Source: Vitrella brassicaformis CCMP3155 (taxonomy: Eukaryota > Protista > Chromerida). Taken from it: DNA of 64,000 nt. Below are positions 57,220 to 64,000 of this stretch, piece after piece (position 1 is the first letter of the stretch; each line of letters opens with the position of its first letter). Under the pieces are notes generated by a model. That model had not been told where the DNA came from. It did no database searches and was given only the letters and a program-made list of their open reading frames with translations. The stretch lies in assembly GCA_001179505.1 (NCBI GenBank), contig CDMY01000255.1, positions 1 through 64,000 of the forward strand, given 5' to 3'. Position numbers and translations under genes: made by a program.

Positions 57220-57500
57220 TCGGCGTCGTCAGCGTACTTGAGCATCATCATCTTCATATCCCTCCCCTCCACCGTCCCCCGGACCGACTCCAGGAAGGCC
57301 TTGCACTCCTGCAGCAAGTGAGCAGGCAAAAATACTGTTAATGGTCTGCCTGCCAGTGTGCCGGTGTGCCTCCCGTCCCTTGCTCACTGCAGGGTGCTCG
57401 CACTTCATGCGCAGGAACTTCAGCACGTGGGCCTCCCTGGAGTCGGCGTTGACGTCGGGGACGTCAATCCTTCTAGACATGAGGGTCTGCCTCATGGCAG
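57220..57500 (-). repeat. Duplicate of the MRQTLMSR two-exon module (49625-49925) including its intron
   Basis: AMRQTLMSRRIDVPDVNADSREAHVLKFLRMKCEHPA / ECKAFLESVRGTVEGRDMKMMMLKYADDAEQ. Confidence 0.8.
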
Positions 57501-57759
57501 CGGCGGCTGGCGTACGGGCGGGCATCTTCTCCTCTCTCTCTCTCTCTCTGAGAGCTTGGGATCTATCTGGTGCACAGACAGACACGAGACACGCACACGG
57601 GTGCCTTCCTTACTCCCCGACCTACCTCGGCGAAAAGGTCCTCCGCCTCCCTCTGACGCACCAAACATACGCACACACGAAGGAGGAATCCATTCACTCA
57701 TTGCGGCGGCCAGCCACGTGTATGCCCTCTGCGCTGCCCACCTTGGCGGCTTCGTCTGT

Positions 57760-58010
57760 CTAGTTGGAGTTGTCAAACTCAGCCTTGAGGAACTCGTATG
57801 CCTCGGACAGCTCCTGGAACTGCTCCTTGAACCCGGCAGGCTTGTCTTGGTGAACCTTCTGCACACACACACACACAAAGCCCCGCATGCCGCGCGATAC
57901 GCTGCACCCCTTCTCTCTTTCTAGCGGCGCTGGTTGTGCTGTGAGTACCGAGTTCAGGCCTAGCACATCCCAATAGCGGCGGCGCGTATCGTCTGACGCC
58001 ACTGACATTG
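57760..58010 (-). pseudogene. Degenerate DnaJ (J-domain)-like fragment
   Basis: RRYWDVLGL...KVHQDKPAGFKEQFQELSEAYEFL; HPD replaced by HQD and helix II not recognisable. Confidence 0.55.
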
Positions 58011-58299
58011 TGGCTACTCTGCTTTGTCCACAACCGCGGCGACTAACAGCCACTGCACACAGACGTGCAGAGACAGAGAGATGCTGCTCTCTTTCTCCTT
58101 CCCCCTCCGTCTCTATCTTTACCTTTTCTTCAGGCCGTCATGATTGATTGATGTCCATTCTGGTGCGGGGGCAGAGGGCAATCGATCCCAACCGATATAA
58201 AATGAAGGCAGCGATTCTCGAGGCCTGACACACACACGCAGAGATGAAGGGATGCCTGTCAGTCAGTGTCGTGCGTGCGGTAGCTAGGCACCTCTCGTT

Positions 58300-59115
58300 T
58301 GAACGCAGCGCTCCGGGCCTGTAGCTTCTTCTTGGCGGCCTGCCAGGCCTGGATGGCAGCATACACACAAATGAATGTGGATGGATGCATGGATGGATGG
58401 ATGGATGGATGGACGTACGGGCCGGCGTCTGGTGTGACGGTCTGCCTGTCTGCTTTGCTTTATGTTTACCTTTTCTTCTGGCCGTGACGTCGGGCTGGCC
58501 CATGACTGTCCAAGCTGCCCACATCTCGCCGTCCCTACCTGCTGCTTCACCAACTGCTGCCTTCACCATGAAAGGGCTGCCGCCCACTCTACCCCGGGGC
58601 ACGGATCGTTCCCGTAAACCTCATCAACTTGATGAGGCGGGGACCCCCAAGGCCCTAATCAGTCCTCACCGCCACCAGCAGCAGCGTCTCGGCTCGGGTG
58701 ACTCCTCCCTCCTCAGGAGCCGCATCGGCGGCACCATGGTGGGGGGCGGCAGGGGGAAGTGCGGTGGTGGTGGTGCTGCTCGTGAGGGAAGAGGGAAGTG
58801 GCGGGTTGGTGCGGCTGCGGGTGAGGGCAGGGCGTGGCGGGGTGGTGCTGCTGGGAGGGGAGGGGGAGGGAAGGGGTGCTGGTATGGGAGGGGCAGGTGC
58901 AGTGCTGGTGGTGGGAGGGGCACGAACGGGGGCGGGACGTGTGAGCGCTGCCTGAAGTCCATGGGCCCCCTTGGCGGAGGATAGTCCATCGGGTGGTGTG
59001 GGGGGTACATGATGTGCGGGGGCCGAGTGATGTCCATTCTGGTGCGGTGGCAGGGGCCAATCGATCCCAACCAATATAAAATGAAGGCAGCGATTCACAC
59101 TGATGAATGAAGCAC

Positions 59116-59150
<35 letters not shown>

Positions 59151-61530
59151 GGAGAGACGGATGGCTGCAGTCGGGCATCGTGTGCGTGCAGCTCTCGTCG
59201 CCCACCTCGTCAATCAGTCTACACAATCGACAGATGCAGTCGTTTAGACGCTGACACAGGCGTTGATCATCAGGCGGTGTGGAGAGTGGGAGTCGCCGCG
59301 TGGCTGTTCTGGTCGCCCTGTGTTGGCCCTGTGTTCAGCTTCTCGTGGTGGCCGCACGGGAAGGGGGCGTCGCCTCGGCGGTGTCGGTGGCGGCCGGAGT
59401 GTGTGCAGACGCCAACTGCAAATACATATGAGACCACAACAGGACAGGAGGGAAAATGAACCATGAAGGCGATGGAAGGGAATCTCTGTCAGTCAGTGTT
59501 ATGCGTGCGGTAGCTAGGCACCTCTCTTCGTAGATGGCCCAGCAGCTCATGGAGACGTCCTTTGTCGGTTGGCCGACCTGACTTGCCAGACGCCTTTGTC
59601 GCCTTTCACCCGTGTCCACCACTCCCACTCGTCGGGTGTGGGGTTGTACTTCCAGCCATCCTTGGCCGCATCCTGGGCAACGACCATCACGCGAGAAGGA
59701 CCGATGGTTGTTGCCCATCTCCCTCTCCCTCTCTCTGTCTCGATCTGCCCACCTGGGTGTGGAGTGGTCGTGTGCGTCGCAGTAGGCAAGCAGCTCTTGT
59801 TCGAGGGCAGCGATGCGGGCCTGTAGGTCCTTCTTGGCGTCCTGGATGGCAGCATACACACGAATGAATGTGTCCAGATCGATTGATAAGCGTACGAGGG
59901 GCCAGCGTTAAGCTTGTGTGTGAAGGTCTGCTTTGCTTACGTCTCGCTGCACCACCATCCCCGCCAGTCTCGTCTGCACACATCAATGCACAATGCGCAG
60001 ATGGACATATCGCATCGCGTGCAGAGAGAGAGCATCGAACGACTGTGCATGGTCGCACCTGTCGGCTCGCGAGTGTGTCGATGCTGTCCCTCGCCAAGGC
60101 GGCGGAGGGCGGCCGTAGCCAAGATGGTGATGCTGAGGCATGTCAGGGGGTGGCCCTTCGTGCGGTGGCATGTCTGCGTCGGGGGGCGGGGGCGCGTCGC
60201 GATAGGCACGCAGCTCGTTTTCGAGGGTACGGATGCGTTTCTGGATGGCAGCATACACACAAATGAATGTGTCCAGATGGATTGATAAGCGTACAGGGTG
60301 CCAGCGTCAAGCTTGTGTGTGAAGGTCTGTCTGTCTGCTTTGCTTACCCCTCGCTCCCTCGCCAGCTGCACCAGCTTGTCCTGCACACATCAATCAATGC
60401 ACAAGAAATGCCCAGATGGACACATCGCATCGCGTGCAGAGGGAGAGCATCGAACGACATAGGTCTGTGCATGGTCGCACCTGTCTCTCCTGGAACTTCT
60501 CGATGCTGCCCATGGCACGGAAGAGCGCCTTTTTGAATACAGACACCATTCTTTGTGGATCTCGTTCTTTGTCCCCACGGTTGCTGCCTGAAGACTCACT
60601 CTCGTAGTAGTAGTGCTCTTTGATGAACATCTCCAGCCGCCATCTCGGCCCCTTTAGCAACTCTGCATCGTAAACCGACACGGACATGGAAAGAGCCGTG
60701 CACACGCACCTAGCACTCGTGCGTCCTGACTAGCGGGCATTCCCTTGTGACTCACGGCGCGCCTCCTCTGCGATTATAAATTGGTGCTCATCGAACGCGG
60801 CGGTTTTCTCAGCGGTGGACGCCGTCATGAAGTCGACTGGCGCCGCCGCTGCTGCTGCTGGTCGTCATCGCCGCCAAAGCCGCTGCTGTAGGCACGCAGC
60901 TCTAGTTCGAGGGCAGCGATGCGGCTCTGGATGGCAGCATACACACAAATGAACGTGTCCAGATGGATTGATAAGCGTACGGGGGGCCAGCGTTAAGCTT
61001 GTGTGTGAAGGTCTGCTTTGCTTACGTTTCGCTCCTTCGCCAGCTCCACCAGCCTCTCCTGCACACATCAATCAATGCACAACAAATGCGCAGATGGACA
61101 TCACATGCAGAGAGTGAGCATCGAACGACATAGGTGTACTTATTGTGCATGGTCGCACCTGTCTCTCCTCGAGCTTCTCGATGCTGGCTTTGGCGCGGCG
61201 GAGCGCCTCTTTCAACCCCCTCGACTCCCTTGCACGCACAGGCACACAGACACCATTGTGGATCTCGTTCATTGTCCCCACTATTGCTGCCTGAAGACTC
61301 ACGCTTCCAGTGGTGGTGCTCTTCGAGGAAACTCTCCAGCCGCCATCTCGGCCCCTCTATCAACTCTGCATCTAAACCGAAACGGACATGGAGAGATGAC
61401 GTTCAACACTCGTGCGTCCTGGCTAACGGGCTTTCTCTTGTGACTTACGGCGCGCCTCCTCTGCGATTGCAACTTTGTGCTCCTTCAACGCGGCGTTCTT
61501 CTTAGCGGCGGACGCCGTGAGGAGGTCGAC
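58300..61530 (-). repeat. Tandem degenerate multi-exon units sharing the GGATGGCAGCATACACAC(A/G)AATGAA acceptor/exon cassette
   Basis: Cassette at about 58350, 59845, 60243 and 60930; encodes AAIQxRIxxLExELxAY; paired upstream exons GPRWRLE(S/M)F at about 60640 and 61340. Confidence 0.75.
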
Positions 61531-62162
61531 TGGCGCCGCCGCTGCTGCTGCAAGTAGTGCTGCTGGTAGCGGCGACGGCATTCTCATCTCAGGGGGCGGC
61601 ATGGCGGCGACTCTAATCTGCTTTTCTCCTTCTCTCAAACGCGAGCTTTTGAAAGAATCGCCGCCGTGGCCTGCGGGCACAGGACAGGACAAGCACAGGA
61701 CAAGCATCAACAAAGAGAAAGAACAGGTGCATACGTACTTCCTGTGTCTTCATGGGTACATCTTAGTATGTCCGTGCGTTGACGTCTGTTGTCCAGGTCT
61801 AGCTTCTCATCCAACAGCTGAGGAATAGATACATGATACATCCACGCAGATGTCAGGCAGAACGTGGGAGAAGTGCGAGTGTGTAGGCTCATACTTTAGA
61901 GATATGCGCAACCTCCTAGTAGCGCAGTATTGTTGAGAAGGTCTCCATACGGAGACGTTGCCAAACACTGTCAAAGCCACACATGTCCCAGATACGCACA
62001 GCCGAGGGGCATACCTCTTATGTACTTGTACGCCTCACCACGGTTGCCGGTCAGGAAATCCTACATTCAACGCGCAACGTCACAGCTTTCGCTGTACACC
62101 TGAAGCAACAGAGAGAAACAAATTGATGAAAGGCATTCACACATGCGTGGCGTTCCCCTTGA

Positions 62163-63222
62163 CTAGAAGGTCATAAGCTGAGACACACAGCAGAATACAG
62201 TATGTTCTCTTATTTCTCTCCACATCTGGGACTCAGACTGGGAGATTGTATTTGTAAACTGTTTGAGGGAGTCATTCTGCTTCTCAGAGGAGCGGACAAG
62301 GAATGGCAGAGCAGAAGTCTGAATCTTGACAATCACATTCGTTTTGCTGAACCTGGTGGGAGTCGTCGAGATAGAGAGACGGCCTCTTCGAAAATACCTC
62401 CACCTGCGGACAGAGGGAGGCACATCAAAATGGGTCACACATTCATCTGTGACATCCCAAAGAGACTTAACGCACGAGGCCGCGCACCTCACCAAATGAC
62501 TACCAAATGTGCTACAACCTTCTTCGTCGCTGCTGAACAGCATGTCCTCATCCTCGTCTTTGCCGCTGGGCATAGGAAAGCCATCCTACAACACCGGCAC
62601 ATGCAGCAGGCACACACATCGTCACACCGCACCACCGCACCACCACACACTTGTACTGACCTGCTGGAGCCTCAGGTTTTCTCGAAAAAAGAAGGAAGAT
62701 GCCGTCGCGCTTCGCCGACACCAGGCAGTCGTCAGGCGCTCCGCTGAAGCCAGGGCGCGGCCTCCTTGTTGGGAAGGGAGGTGGACGAAAGAAGTGGCGC
62801 CGACATTCGCGCAAGAGGGCAGGCGCGGGACGGGATGATGCGGGCCACATGGGATAAAGACCAGCAAAAAAGACGAGGATACGGAGGAGAAGTGGCGGGC
62901 GGAAGGCAGAAGAGCAGTGGAATGCCCGAAATGCCTGGAAATTGTGTTCAGAACGGTCTTTTCTCGTCCCGTCTCCTGCGACGAGATTTTCACGTGCGAG
63001 CTTTTTCGCTTTCTGCGAGCTTAGAAATTGCGTTCTCTTTCTCTCCCGTGTCCCCTGCGGGTATTGGCGGCGAAGAGGACGGTCAGGTGCCTGATCTTTA
63101 AATTCATTCATGAATCCGGATGGCTCGCCGGGATTGGCACTGACTTCTTCCTGATTGCTCGGCAGTGTCAAGCTCGTGTTGATGAACATGAACATTCTTT
63201 CACGTGCACTTAGTTTCATCAA
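62163..63222 (-). CDS. Possible hypothetical two-exon ORF
   Basis: Long open frames 62548-63222 and 62163-62573 joinable through CAG|GTCAGT...GTTGTAG; no recognisable domain. Confidence 0.3.
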
Positions 63223-64000
63223 TCAATCAATGGGCATGCAGGCAGGCAACACAAAAATGAGTGGCTATTCATACAAACATCCGGACAAGCCATCCGGCTT
63301 CATACATGGACGAGCAAAGAGTGCACGCACTCCACTTCCACACATGGCCGGCCCCCCACCCAGACAGCGAAATGACGGCCGTCCCTACTACCCTGCCCAA
63401 TTGACCCTGCCCCTCCTTCCGTCAACCAACAAACAAACAACCATGCTCAAAACTATCCAGCCCATGCAGTCAATTCGTTCACGAATCATGAATTCACTCA
63501 TCCCCCACTCAATCCCCCTCTCCTTCATGGACACAGGAAAAAAGACGAGCAACAGAGAGGGGGAAAAAGGAGAGACGACACGCACACGCTGGTTGCGGCA
63601 CGCCCTTACAGCTGTTGTCTGCACAAGGGAACTAGAAAGCAGCATTCAATCACTGCCTGTACACGGACCGGCCGTTGAAAGCATCATCCCTCTGCATACA
63701 AGGACATACAGACAGCTACCCCCGCGTCACGCACCCACCCTGCTATCCACCCCCACATGCCCTCCTGGTGCTTCCGCCAAAGCGGAGCCAAAATGCACAC
63801 AAGCCCCACCCCAAACAAAAGAAGAAGAAGACTAGAAAAAACAACCAAACACAATCATCCACCCCCAATTGGCGTCGTGTGCGCCTGTGTCATGTCGAAG
63901 TCGCTGCAACACCGTCCTACGCCTAGTGCCTCTCTGATAGCGATGCTGAGGGGGTGTGTGGTGACGAAGTCCTTGTCGAGCATGATCAGTCTTCGTCCAT

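Noticed and set aside
42000-62000. Autonomous transposon or retroelement driving the mosaic
   Set aside because: No reverse transcriptase, DDE transposase, tyrosine recombinase or Rep/helicase motifs and no clear TIR/LTR were recognised; any mobilising factor would have to be encoded elsewhere.
63640-64000. Possible exons of a gene entering from the right edge on the minus strand (…LIMLDKDFVTTHPLSIAIREALG…)
   Set aside because: Too short and truncated by the window edge to support a call.

Overview
Eukaryotic, intron-rich, GC-rich genomic DNA. Short GT-AG introns are full of (GT)n, (CCAT)n and (GACA)n repeats, and the centrin closely resembles apicomplexan centrin 2, so the source is probably a chromerid alveolate such as Vitrella (inference). 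From 1 to about 41.5 kb the window is gene-dense, with housekeeping genes often in tight head-to-head pairs: a small membrane protein, a long Pro/Arg-rich protein, a TMEM185-like protein, centrin, two hypothetical proteins, eIF4AIII, a NIPA-like transporter, MCM8, an FAD monooxygenase, M18 aspartyl aminopeptidase, an NTPCR/THEP1 NTPase, an EFG1-like protein and a calcineurin-B-like EF-hand protein. Two regions stand out. (1) 17.6-20.3 kb is a head-to-tail array of about 10 tiny (31-49 aa) single-TM ORFs that the ORF track mostly misses. Paralogues show clear synonymous-site divergence, introns lie between rather than inside the ORFs, and two ORFs start at a GTG overlapping the previous stop. 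This suggests a polycistronic micropeptide locus. (2) 42-61.5 kb is an all-minus-strand mosaic of duplicated modules: atypical kinase and pseudokinase pieces, a J-domain-like fragment, nine copies of an IA(G/A)(Y/F)ILY exon-start cassette, and four non-collinear fragments of the Pro-rich gene at 2-6 kb fused behind repeated cassettes. Exon boundaries were read by eye, and coordinates of multi-exon genes are outer bounds, approximate where stated. No database searches were run; family calls are from recalled motifs.
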